In this document: piece by piece, positions 25,503 to 34,763 of the stretch
Numbering within the stretch: the first letter of the stretch is position 1
How the letters are laid out: each line of letters starts with the position of its first letter
Assembly (NCBI GenBank): GCA_030591505.1
Contig: JAUVAY010000003.1
Span: 1 to 43,916 of the forward strand
Length of the DNA stretch: 43,916 nucleotides
Direction of reading: 5' to 3'
Source: Flavobacteriales bacterium
Lineage (GTDB): Bacteria; Bacteroidota; Bacteroidia; Flavobacteriales_D; JAHECK01
The notes under the pieces: model-generated
The model's database searches: none
Told to the model about the DNA's origin: nothing
What the model saw: only the letters and a program-made list of their open reading frames with translations
Position numbers and translations under genes: made by a program

Positions 25503-27224
25503 CTACACCTCCTCGCTTATCACCTGCTTATAAGTTCCAAGATCCCTAAGATCCGACCTTCTGATATAAGCGATCTTACCCCTATTCTCATCACCTTTCG
25601 CTTTGATAAATAGCTCAGCTATATTTTTGTAAGAAGGATCACGCATCGCATCTTGCAATAATAAATGTCCCATTACAATATTACCCGCAACCTCAACCAA
25701 TCGTCGTGCATGAAAATCAGTAAATTCACTGTCATCAGTTGCTTTTACTTCCTCAACGACCTCTTCGTAAGCATGAGTCATTTTTGCCAGCTCGCGTTTT
25801 AGGTATTCCGATTCCGGATTGACAGGCATCGCTTCGTATTCTTTGATTTTCGTTAAATAAACTCCCGTCATAACTCCTCGTATTGCAGCAATCACCTGTA
25901 ATTGAGACGTTCCTTCATAAATAGAGGTTATTCTCGCATCTCGAAAAATTCGTTCAATTGGGAAATCTTTCATAAATCCTGCTCCACCATGAACCTGAAG
26001 TGCATCATAGGCAATAGTATTACTTAATTCCGAGGCGGTGAGCTTTAATAATGGCGTAAACACATCCGCAAAACGCTGATAGGTCTTCATCTCTGTCCGC
26101 TCTTCCTTTTCTAACTTTCTATCCTCAGAAATTTCGATATAGCACTTGTACATATCCACCATCCTTGCAGTTTCATAAAGCAAAGAACGATGTGCAGCAA
26201 TATTTATTCGCATATTGGTCAGCATTTCATAAACAGCAGGAAACTGAATGATGGGCTTTCCAAACTGGGCTCTTTCCTTCGCATATTTTAAGGCTTCTCG
26301 ATAGGCAGCTTCCGCTATCCCGATCGACTGTGCACCAACACCCAAACGAGCAGAATTCATCAAAGACATCACATATTTGATCAATCCCATTCTTCGGTTT
26401 CCAATTAAATAGGCAGGAGCATCATCAAAAACCAATTCACAAGTTGGTGAGCCTTTTATACCAAGCTTGCGCTCAATACGTCTTACTTTAACCGCCTTCT
26501 CTCTTCTATCATAAACGAATAATGATAATCCACGTGCATCTTGCGATCCTTCTTCAGAACGAGCCAATACCAATGAAATATCAGCATCTCCGTTAGTGAT
26601 AAATCGCTTAACTCCATTTAAAGTCCACGTATCTTTATCTGCGTTATAAATCGCTTTTAACTGAACCGCCTGCAGATCAGACCCCGCATCGGGTTCTGTC
26701 AGGTCCATAGCTGCTGTCGCTCCTTTACTGAACATCGGTAAATATTCATCCTTCAACTTCTCAGAAGCAAATTCATAAATTGTTTCTGCACAATCTTGTA
26801 AGCCCCAGATATTGGCAAATCCAGCATCAGCACGTGAGATCATTTCACCCGCAATAATATAGGGTGTGATGGCAAAGTTCAATCCTTTATATTTTCTTGG
26901 TAAGGTCATACCGATCAATCCGGCTTCTACCAATGCATCGTAGTTCTCTTCCGTCCCTCGAGCATATTTAACTTCATTATCAATAAGTGAAGGTCCTTCT
27001 GCATCGACTGATTCGGCATTAGGATCGATCACATCTCCACTGATCTCCCCAACGATCTCTAATACTTTCTCATAGTTATCCATAGCGTCCTCGAAATCCT
27101 GAGGCGCATAATCAAACTTTTCTTTCTCAGCAAAATCTCTCTCCTTAAGATCAATGATCTTTTTCATTAATGGATGAGTAAGATGAAATTTTAACTCGGG
27201 GTTGTCATTAAAAAAATTAGCCAT
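25503..27224 (-). CDS. Acyl-CoA dehydrogenase (long Bacteroidota/anaerobe type)
   Basis: MDLTEPDAGSDL, LNGVKRFITNG, KLGIKGSPTCEL, LMNSARLGV, ERAQFGKPI, QVHGGAGF, RITSIYEGTSQLQ, plus C-terminal extension. Confidence 0.95.
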   Translation of the reverse strand: MANFFNDNPELKFHLTHPLMKKIIDLKERDFAEKEKFDYAPQDFEDAMDNYEKVLEIVGEISGDVIDPNAESVDAEGPSLIDNEVKYARGTEENYDALVEAGLIGMTLPRKYKGLNFAITPYIIAGEMISRADAGFANIWGLQDCAETIYEFASEKLKDEYLPMFSKGATAAMDLTEPDAGSDLQAVQLKAIYNADKDTWTLNGVKRFITNGDADISLVLARSEEGSQDARGLSLFVYDRREKAVKVRRIERKLGIKGSPTCELVFDDAPAYLIGNRRMGLIKYVMSLMNSARLGVGAQSIGIAEAAYREALKYAKERAQFGKPIIQFPAVYEMLTNMRINIAAHRSLLYETARMVDMYKCYIEISEDRKLEKEERTEMKTYQRFADVFTPLLKLTASELSNTIAYDALQVHGGAGFMKDFPIERIFRDARITSIYEGTSQLQVIAAIRGVMTGVYLTKIKEYEAMPVNPESEYLKRELAKMTHAYEEVVEEVKATDDSEFTDFHARRLVEVAGNIVMGHLLLQDAMRDPSYKNIAELFIKAKGDENRGKIAYIRRSDLRDLGTYKQVISEEV

Positions 27225-27230
27225 TATGAT

Positions 27231-28250
27231 CTATTTAGTATGTTCTTTATAAGATTTTATCATTTTCGGGATCACTGTTCCCACCTTTCCGTTTATCACG
27301 TAATCGGCAATTTTATTTATCGGTGCATGCGGATCGGTATTAATGGAAATGATCATCGCTGATTTATCCATTCCGGCAGTATGCTGTATCTGACCAGATA
27401 TTCCACACGCTATATAAAGTTTTGGTCGGACTGTCAATCCTGTTTGTCCAACCTGCCTGTTGTGATCAACAAAACCCGCATCTACAGCTGCTCTTGAAGC
27501 ACCTACTTCACCTCCCAATACATCAGACAGCTCATAAAGAAGATTGAAATCATCTTTCGAACCAACGCCATAACCTCCAGATATAATAATATTGGAATTC
27601 TTAAGATCCACTTCACTTTTTTCAATGTGACGCTCAATGATCTTCACTACCATATCCGTTTCAGATACATAGTCATCCACCTTGATCTTAACTACTTTTC
27701 CCTTCTTTACTTTTTTTACCGTTTCCTTTTTCATCACCCCTTCGCGAACAGTAGCAAGTTGTGGTAAAGTATCGGGAGTAATAATGGTTGCGATAATATT
27801 CCCTCCAAAAGCGGGTCTGATCTGCATCAGTAGATCTTTATATTCCTTCTTCGATTTTTTATCGGTATAATCTCCTATCTCTAACTCTGTACAATCAGCT
27901 GTTAAGCCGCACATTAATTTTGAAGAAACGCGTGGCGCCAGATCACGACCAATGGAAGTCGCACCAAAAAGTCCAACTTTAGGTTTTTCCTCCTCGAAGA
28001 TTCCCGAAACAATAGCAGCATGAGGTAAAGTCAAGTAAGGATACAAACGTTTATCATCAGCAATATGGATAATATCAACGCCGAAGCCGAAAAGTTCGTC
28101 TTCAACATCTTTGATCTTATTTCCTAAAACGATGGCTTCTAATTCGCATTTCAGATCATTCGCTAATGAACGACCTTTAGAAAGAATCTCTAGACTCACT
28201 TCAGCGATCTTGCCTTCTTCTATTTCGCAGTAAACAAATACGTTATTCAT
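27231..28250 (-). CDS. etfA: Electron transfer flavoprotein alpha subunit
   Basis: GLTADCT, RPAFGGNI, SRAAVDAG, QVGQTG, PKLYIACGISGQIQH. Confidence 0.96.
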   Translation of the reverse strand: MNNVFVYCEIEEGKIAEVSLEILSKGRSLANDLKCELEAIVLGNKIKDVEDELFGFGVDIIHIADDKRLYPYLTLPHAAIVSGIFEEEKPKVGLFGATSIGRDLAPRVSSKLMCGLTADCTELEIGDYTDKKSKKEYKDLLMQIRPAFGGNIIATIITPDTLPQLATVREGVMKKETVKKVKKGKVVKIKVDDYVSETDMVVKIIERHIEKSEVDLKNSNIIISGGYGVGSKDDFNLLYELSDVLGGEVGASRAAVDAGFVDHNRQVGQTGLTVRPKLYIACGISGQIQHTAGMDKSAMIISINTDPHAPINKIADYVINGKVGTVIPKMIKSYKEHTK

Positions 28251-28274
28251 TTATAAATTTTTTAATTTCTTATT

Positions 28275-29150
28275 CTATCCAATATTGTGATGTTCCACCA
28301 ATTCAGCCATCAACTGATCAATATCCTTATCAGTAGCTTCCAGAACTTTTGAATCCTTTGTAGTGAAAACGATATTGGTTACCTGTTTTACTTTTGTCGG
28401 AGAACCCGATAAACCTAAGTATACATCATCTGCTTTTAGGTCATTGATATCCCACTCGATAATATCGAGGTAATGACGTGTATCGTGCAGACTTATGTAA
28501 TCTTCCGACTCGTGATGCATTTCTGAAGGCGTACAGGCATGTTTATATTTCATTAAGAATTTTGCATTCCTACTTCTGCAATCAGGTGCAGATGCGGTAA
28601 CGGTCATTAATAAAGGTAATTTTGCTTCTACTGTTTCTACTCCATTCTCGAGTCGTCGCACAGCAGTGATCTTATTCTTCTCGACAGAAATTATCTCCTC
28701 AACATAGGTGATTTGTGGTATATTCAACTTCTCGGCCGACTGTGGACCAACCTGCGCTGTATCACCGTCGATCGCTTGTCTTCCTGCAAGGATGAGATCA
28801 TACTTTTTGATCTTCTTAATGGCTAATGACAGCACATAAGATGTTGCCAAGGTATCAGAACCTGCAAATTTTCTATCGGTAATTAAGATCCCTCCATCGG
28901 CACCTCTAAACATTGCTTCTCGAATGATGCTTGCCGCACGAACAGGACCCATCGTCACCAAAGTGATCGTAGTTCCTGGGTACTTATCTTTTAATAGTAA
29001 AGCTTGTTCTAAGGCTTTTAAATCCTCAGGGTTAAAAATAGCCGGTAAGGCAGCTCTGTTTACCGTTCCATTCGCTTTCATCGCATCCTTACCCACATTA
29101 CGTGTATCGGGTACTTGTTTAGCTAATACAATAATTTTTAGACCGCTCAT
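28275..29150 (-). CDS. etfB: Electron transfer flavoprotein beta subunit
   Basis: KQVPDT, FNPEDL, DRKFAGSDTLATS, GRQAIDGDTAQVGPQ, GLSGSPTKV. Confidence 0.96.
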   Translation of the reverse strand: MSGLKIIVLAKQVPDTRNVGKDAMKANGTVNRAALPAIFNPEDLKALEQALLLKDKYPGTTITLVTMGPVRAASIIREAMFRGADGGILITDRKFAGSDTLATSYVLSLAIKKIKKYDLILAGRQAIDGDTAQVGPQSAEKLNIPQITYVEEIISVEKNKITAVRRLENGVETVEAKLPLLMTVTASAPDCRSRNAKFLMKYKHACTPSEMHHESEDYISLHDTRHYLDIIEWDINDLKADDVYLGLSGSPTKVKQVTNIVFTTKDSKVLEATDKDIDQLMAELVEHHNIG

Positions 29151-29187
29151 ATTTTTATAAATTCATTTACAAATAATCAATGTTTAA

Positions 29188-29328
29188 TCCCGAAAATTCG
29201 GGACAAAATCTTAAATCCAAAATCCAAAACTCAAAAACCACTTCCTCCACGCTTCAAACTTCGAGCTTCAAGCTCCGCGCTCCATTCTCCGTGCTCCGTG
29301 CTTCGAGCTTCGAGCTTCGAGCTCCATT
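29188..29328. repeat. REP-like palindrome plus heptanucleotide tandem arrays upstream of etfB
   Basis: TCCCGAA-AA-TTCGGGA (29188-29203); AAAATCC-like heptamers (about 29205-29235); 12 in-phase CTYCNNN heptamers (29245-29328). Confidence 0.8.
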
Positions 29329-29460
29329 AACTAACTTGGAATAACTTTCTAAGCCTCTAATTAATTTCCCTATAAAATAAAGCAATAAACAGGGCGTATA
29401 AAATGACATATATGAGTTTTAAAAATGAGATTTGGTAGCATTTTCTATTTTTGTAGCACA

Positions 29461-30090
29461 ATGAGTAGAAAAATTGACATCTCCAATTGGAATAGAAAAG
29501 AGCATTTTGAATTCTTTTCACGTTTTGACGAACCCTTTTTTAGTATTGTAGCTGAAGTAGATTGTTCAATTGCCTACAAAAAAGCTAAAGAAAATAAGCA
29601 TTCCTTTTTTGCTTACTACCTCTATAAATCCTTACAAGCAGTAAATGAAGTAGAAGAATTCAGGATGCGAATAGAAGGTGATGATGTAGTTGTTTTCGAT
29701 AAGATCCATGCTGCAACTACCATCGGTAGAGAAGATGGGACTTTTGGCTTTTCGTTTGTTCATTTTTCTTCCGACTTCAATCTATTTAAGGAAGGACTGA
29801 ATAAAGAAATCAAAAATGTAAAAGAGTCGACGGGAATCAGGTTCAATGAAGACGCAAAACGATTGGATGCTATTCACTTTTCTACCATTCCATGGCAATC
29901 ATTTACCGCTTTGACCCATGCCCGGGATTTTAAATATAAAGACAGTACGCCGAAGATCACTTTTGGAAAATTGTTTTTAAGGGATGGAAAAAAGATCATG
30001 CCGGTAGCAGTCAATGTACATCATGGATTGGTGGATGCCTTTCATCTTTCTAAATTTCTTGATGTTTTTCAGGCTTTATTGGATGAGTAA
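29461..30090 (+). CDS. CatA-like chloramphenicol O-acetyltransferase family protein
   Basis: WNRKEHFEFF, STIPW, PKITFGK, VHHGLVDAFH (catalytic HHxxxD). TATTTTTG promoter element at 29446-29453 supports the ATG at 29461. Confidence 0.88.
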   Translation: MSRKIDISNWNRKEHFEFFSRFDEPFFSIVAEVDCSIAYKKAKENKHSFFAYYLYKSLQAVNEVEEFRMRIEGDDVVVFDKIHAATTIGREDGTFGFSFVHFSSDFNLFKEGLNKEIKNVKESTGIRFNEDAKRLDAIHFSTIPWQSFTALTHARDFKYKDSTPKITFGKLFLRDGKKIMPVAVNVHHGLVDAFHLSKFLDVFQALLDE

Positions 30091-30100
30091 GTAAAAAATG

Positions 30101-30836
30101 AACCGCGGAATGCGCAGAGAATCGCTAAAAACTTAATGCAATTTGGAAAGACAATGCATATAGGCTTTAAACTGCATATTATTTTCGATCGCCTGATTAT
30201 ACATATATACCTTACAATCCAGGATTAAATAATTTTTAATTTTTGAAATATCATCCTTGCTTAACTTAAACTCGGCATAATGCGTATAAGTTCCATCCAG
30301 GTTCTTATAAAAATTTGTGGCTACCTCTTTTTCAATTGTATACCCTTTTTGAAAACGTATTGATACATTCCCTCCTTTCTTATCAAATTTAGAAACGGCA
30401 CTCACTCGCATATAAGTAACTTCTACTCCATTTGTTACCAGTTTTCTGAAACTGATCGACCTGTCAAATGGAGATTTATACTTTGCTTCTCCTGTCATCA
30501 CATCCTTTTCGATAGTTATATAACCGCAATACGCATCGAGGTCAGGATAATTTTGGGAATAAGCAACTAAAGAAGAGGCAAGCAACAATAGACTAAAGAG
30601 GTATTTTTTCATGATAAGCTTGAGATCTAAATTATTAAAAAACGAACTTAAGAATAATACTCTAATTATTTTCCGCATATATAAATACTTAGCGCATTTT
30701 TAGCGTTCTCTGCGGTTAGGCATTAATAATAGAACCGCTGAATGCGCTGAGAAACGCAAATATTGATAAATCCAACCACTATAATTTCTCGCCAAGACAC
30801 TAAGCCGCAAAAAAAGAGGGAGTGAAAGACGCAAAC
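30101..30836. repeat. Family of short AACCGCnGAnnnCGCnnA repeats in both orientations
   Basis: Copies at 30101-30128 (+), 30689-30717 (-) and 30733-30760 (+); degenerate copy at 30787-30836; related copy at 11530-11547. Confidence 0.6.
30133..30612 (-). CDS. Hypothetical exported protein
   Basis: MKKYLFSLLLLASSLVAYS-Q signal peptide from the ATG at 30612; no recognisable domain. Confidence 0.7.
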   Translation of the reverse strand: MKKYLFSLLLLASSLVAYSQNYPDLDAYCGYITIEKDVMTGEAKYKSPFDRSISFRKLVTNGVEVTYMRVSAVSKFDKKGGNVSIRFQKGYTIEKEVATNFYKNLDGTYTHYAEFKLSKDDISKIKNYLILDCKVYMYNQAIENNMQFKAYMHCLSKLH

Positions 30837-31044
30837 CTGTCAAGACAGGTGTTTTAAAAAACTGGAAAATGTTCTGATCCAAATTTAAAACGGCTTTGCA
30901 AAAAACTCTGAAAGGTTTTTTTTGTTTGGGTATAAGATATAGATCAGCATTGCTATTTCAATTATACTAATCCAATATAATGATGTTAATCATAAATCAT
31001 TGATAATGCATTTAATATATTAGCTACGCACTAATAGTATAAAA

Positions 31045-32064
31045 ATGGCGTATCCAACACAAATAATTAAAGCACTCAAAAAATCATTAGGAGCATTCGA
31101 TTTTAATGAAGCTATCGATAAATCTGATAACGAAGCAAAAACAAGGATGTATCTAGTAGAGCCTTTTTTTAAAACACTTGAATTTAGAGGTGGATATAGT
31201 GATGGTGAACTCCAACCTGAATTCAATGCTGACTATGCAGATTTAAAAGGCAAAAAGGTAGATTATGTGATACAGTTTAAAGGTAAACCGGAAATAATTA
31301 TTGAAGTAAAGAAGGCTAACCTAAAGCTAACAAATCTACACCTACGACAATTGAATGAGTATTTTCATTATTTAAAGGACGCAAAAATTGGTGTCCTTAC
31401 CAATGGAGTTGATTACCAGTTTTATTGTAGAAACAAAGATAAAGGAGGAGGACTACACCCTACACCTTTTTTCACTTTTAAGTTTGGTGATTCAGATAGT
31501 GGTTCAATAGATCAACTGGCGGCATTCTACGCCACGACGATTGACACGAAAGCTATCATTGAGGAAGCTCAAGAACTGTTCTTTTTAGAATCTTTTGAAG
31601 AGGCATTATTTAAGGAACTTTCTAATCCTACAAGGGAATTTGTAAAAGCTATTTATTCAAGGATGGGTGGATCAAGAATGAGTGAAACAGCAGAGAAACA
31701 AGTCACGAGTTTGATAAACTCAATATCTATTAAATCTGCTTTAGATAGATTGATTTCGGAGGAAACAAGCAAAGCAAATACTGGGATTATTACTACCCAT
31801 GAAGAACTAAAAGCATATCATTTTATCGTAGCACTGCTTGCCCAAAACAAGCAAATTGAAACTAGTTCGATTGGATATAGAGACTTGAAAGGTAAATTCA
31901 GTATTCTTATTGATGATAATCAAAAGAAGAAAATTTGTGACTTGTATATTTCACCAACTTCACAGAGGATAGAAATTGCTGGAGAAAAATTTGAGATTCC
32001 TGATGTTGATAGTATTGTTAAGCTAAAGAAAAAACTGACTGATAAGGCCGTATCATTATTGTAA
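31045..32064 (+). CDS. Stand-alone HsdR_N-like PD-(D/E)xK nuclease-domain protein
   Basis: NEAKTRMYLVEPFF, KVDYVI...IIIEVKK, QLNEYF, GVLTNG; no helicase domain. Confidence 0.8.
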   Translation: MAYPTQIIKALKKSLGAFDFNEAIDKSDNEAKTRMYLVEPFFKTLEFRGGYSDGELQPEFNADYADLKGKKVDYVIQFKGKPEIIIEVKKANLKLTNLHLRQLNEYFHYLKDAKIGVLTNGVDYQFYCRNKDKGGGLHPTPFFTFKFGDSDSGSIDQLAAFYATTIDTKAIIEEAQELFFLESFEEALFKELSNPTREFVKAIYSRMGGSRMSETAEKQVTSLINSISIKSALDRLISEETSKANTGIITTHEELKAYHFIVALLAQNKQIETSSIGYRDLKGKFSILIDDNQKKKICDLYISPTSQRIEIAGEKFEIPDVDSIVKLKKKLTDKAVSLL

Positions 32065-32069
32065 TCAGC

Positions 32070-32804
32070 ATGAGAAAAAAATTAAGATCTATAATTGAAG
32101 ATACTTCAACAAAAGCTGGTAGAAATTTCGATTATTTCATACAGTTTTTAATACTGTTGTCCTTAATTTCTTTTTCGGTAGAAACACTTCCTGATAATAG
32201 CTCTACTACAGTACAAATACTTAAGTACATTGATGTTTTTTGTGTAGGGATTTTCTCCATTGAGTACATGCTAAGAATCTACGTAGCTAAAAAACCTTTA
32301 AGCTACATCTTCAGCTTTTATGGAATTATTGACGTCCTAGCGATATTCCCTTTTTATTTAAGAACTGGAATGGATCTAAGGGCATTGAGAACATTTAGGG
32401 TATTTAGAGTATTCAGAGCCCTAAAGCTGATTAGATATAATAGAGCATTAAAGAGGTTTCATATTGCCGCAGGAGTTGTAAAGGAAGAGTTAGTTCTATT
32501 CTCTATTGTTACCGGCATACTGATCTTTTTATCAGCTTCGGGTATTTACTTTTTCGAGAATGAAGCACAGCCTGAAGCTTTTAAATCAATCTTCCATAGT
32601 CTGTGGTGGGCTGTTGTATCTTTAACTACCGTTGGGTATGGTGATGTAGTTCCTATAACAGCAGGTGGGCGGATTTTTACCTTTTTTGTACTAGTTGTAG
32701 GAGTCGGTGTTGTTACAGTTCCTGCGGGGCTTGTAGCTACGGCATTGTCGAAAGCTAGGGAGATAGAGGAAGAGGAAAGAGAGAATATTAATACAAAACC
32801 ATAA
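32070..32804 (+). CDS. Voltage-gated-type potassium channel (Ion_trans family)
   Basis: Six TM helices, S4-like RTFRVFRVFRALKLIR, selectivity filter TTVGYGD. Confidence 0.93.
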   Translation: MRKKLRSIIEDTSTKAGRNFDYFIQFLILLSLISFSVETLPDNSSTTVQILKYIDVFCVGIFSIEYMLRIYVAKKPLSYIFSFYGIIDVLAIFPFYLRTGMDLRALRTFRVFRVFRALKLIRYNRALKRFHIAAGVVKEELVLFSIVTGILIFLSASGIYFFENEAQPEAFKSIFHSLWWAVVSLTTVGYGDVVPITAGGRIFTFFVLVVGVGVVTVPAGLVATALSKAREIEEEERENINTKP

Positions 32805-32809
32805 TTAAA

Positions 32810-33319
32810 ATGAAAAAACTAATAATTTTAATCTTTCTAACTCCATTATTTTTAAGTTGTGGAAATTCGAATGCAACAACTGAATCATTAAATCCTGGTG
32901 ATAGTCTATTTGTGGACAACAACTTACGAATCTTGGCTTTTTCCCGAGTACACAGAACCAACTCAAAAGGATATGTTGACGGTCATGCTCAGGTCGATAG
33001 CAATAAATTTGAATCTGTTTTAGCAAATTTCGATAGAAAATTCTTCTTCAACCGTGAGAAAACGTTTGTCGGAACTTTCGAAAATATTTGTGAATATGAC
33101 GCTGAATATGTGGTCGTGAACCTCCAACAAGACATTAAAAAAGAGATATTAAAAGACAAAGAACATTTTGGCAAGAAGATAAAAGCTGACAAGAAAATAT
33201 TTTATTCTGGAGAAATCAGCAAGGGTGTGATTCTTGAGAATTTTCCAAGCGAAATTTATATTGAACTTAGTGGATTGAATAATGCCTCTGCCGATTCGGT
33301 TTTCAACGTGCATAAATAA
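32810..33319 (+). CDS. Hypothetical lipoprotein
   Basis: MKKLIILIFLTPLFLS-C lipobox; 5 nt after the channel gene. Confidence 0.65.
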   Translation: MKKLIILIFLTPLFLSCGNSNATTESLNPGDSLFVDNNLRILAFSRVHRTNSKGYVDGHAQVDSNKFESVLANFDRKFFFNREKTFVGTFENICEYDAEYVVVNLQQDIKKEILKDKEHFGKKIKADKKIFYSGEISKGVILENFPSEIYIELSGLNNASADSVFNVHK

Positions 33320-33382
33320 GGCTAACGAAAGGAAATATCGAAATAAACGCTATCGAATGCAAGGAAAATTGAAGAAGAGGAA

Positions 33383-33979
33383 ATGAAGTCGAGAATATAC
33401 TTGACGCTTTTAAGGACTCTGACAACCTTTACTTTGAGTAATTATGAAAATATTGGTTTTAGGAACCTTAATGCACTAAAAGAAAACGGAATCAGGATCA
33501 AAGAAGCAGAACTAGGGATTAAATTCGAGGATATAACGAAATCGGTCTTCACTCAATTGGGCTTCAATGTAGATGAGCAGTTGAGAAAGAAATTTAACAC
33601 AAAAAAAGACAAAGTAGATATCCTTCTAAATCTTGGAAATGAGCAAGTGATTATTGTTGAATGCAAAACTCAGAAAGAGAGTGGATACAATAAATACAGC
33701 TCTGTTTCAAGGCAAATAAGGTCATATCGGGACTTAGTGAAGGTTAATGATTATACAGTTGTTAAATCCCTTCTTGTAGCGCCTGATTTTAGCCAAGGGT
33801 TCATTGAAGATACCGATAATGATTATGAACTTGGGTTATCACTTATAACTGCATCTTCTTTAAATAATATCTTAAAGGCTTTTAAAGAGTCAAAAAAGCA
33901 TAAGCAATTTCCATATAAACTTCTTTTAAGAGATGTTGAGATAAATGAGGATAGGATTATTAAAGCGATTAGGAAATAG
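33383..33979 (+). pseudogene. Mrr/restriction-endonuclease-like C-terminal fragment, probably truncated and frameshifted
   Basis: KFEDIT..F..LGF, VDILL...IIVECKT, RQIRSY nuclease pattern. An overlapping frame reads ...EVENILDAFKDSDNLYFE* and fuses to NYENIG if T33439 is removed. Confidence 0.6.
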
Positions 33980-33986
33980 GCTGATT

Positions 33987-34577
33987 ATGATGGAAAATGA
34001 AATTGAAGAAATCAAAAAGTATTTAAATGAAGATCAAGATCCGAAGGTAATAAAGAAAATGTTGCCAAAGATTAAAAACCTACTTACATCAAATGAAATA
34101 ATTGAATACATAGCTGTTCAAAAAAAGCCAGTAGTTACACTCTCTCCTGATTGTGTGGCACTAACAAATAAGAGAGTCATATTTATCTCTCCCAAATCTT
34201 TTGGACTTACAATGGACTTCAAAGACTTCCAATGGAAAAACGTTAAAGATTGCCATGTAAGTGAAGGCTTGATGGGTAGTACTTTCAGCACTTTATCTGT
34301 TCTGAATAATAAAGTTGTTGTTAGTTACCTTCCAAAAAATCAAGCAAGAATCCTTTATAGGTTTACTCAGGAAAGAGAAGAGGAAATGTCTGAATACCGA
34401 AGATAAAGAGAGATGGAAGAAGCTAGGGCTGGTGCAGGTGGCTTTATCATGCAGACTCCAAACAAAGAAACTGATCCTCTTGAGAGCTTGCAAAAGCTTA
34501 AAGGATTATTTGATAGCAATCTTATTACTCAGGAAGAATACGACAAGAAGAAATCTGAGATTCTAACTAAACTATAA
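33987..34577 (+). pseudogene. Bacterial PH-domain + SHOCT protein interrupted by an in-frame TAA
   Basis: PH-like LTNKRVIF...FQWKNV. After TAA (34404-34406) the same frame continues REMEEARAGAGG...LQKLKGLFDSNLITQEEYDKKKSEIL (SHOCT) to TAA at 34577. Confidence 0.8.
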
Positions 34578-34763
34578 TAGTATAAGCCTAAAATAGATGG
34601 TCCCGATATTTAATATTATAAAATAATTATGGCATTTAAGTTCTATAAATGGGATCAAGGATATACACAACATTAAAAATTTATTAATGTAGCAATTGAA
34701 TTCCTTTTACAATTTGGACAGATTTACTATATGTGTCCATATTATTGAGATATATGAACACAA

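Noticed and set aside
29245-29328. Possible CRISPR array
   Set aside because: Units are 7 nt with no unique spacers, and there are no cas genes. I saw no CRISPR array anywhere in the window.
30700-30882. 60-aa minus-strand ORF
   Set aside because: It is a translation of the short repeat family (LRLSVLAR, LRFSAHSAV), not a credible gene.
34404-34406. Stop-codon recoding (Sec/Pyl or alternative genetic code)
   Set aside because: The codon is TAA, used as the normal stop throughout the window; a nonsense mutation or sequencing error is simpler.
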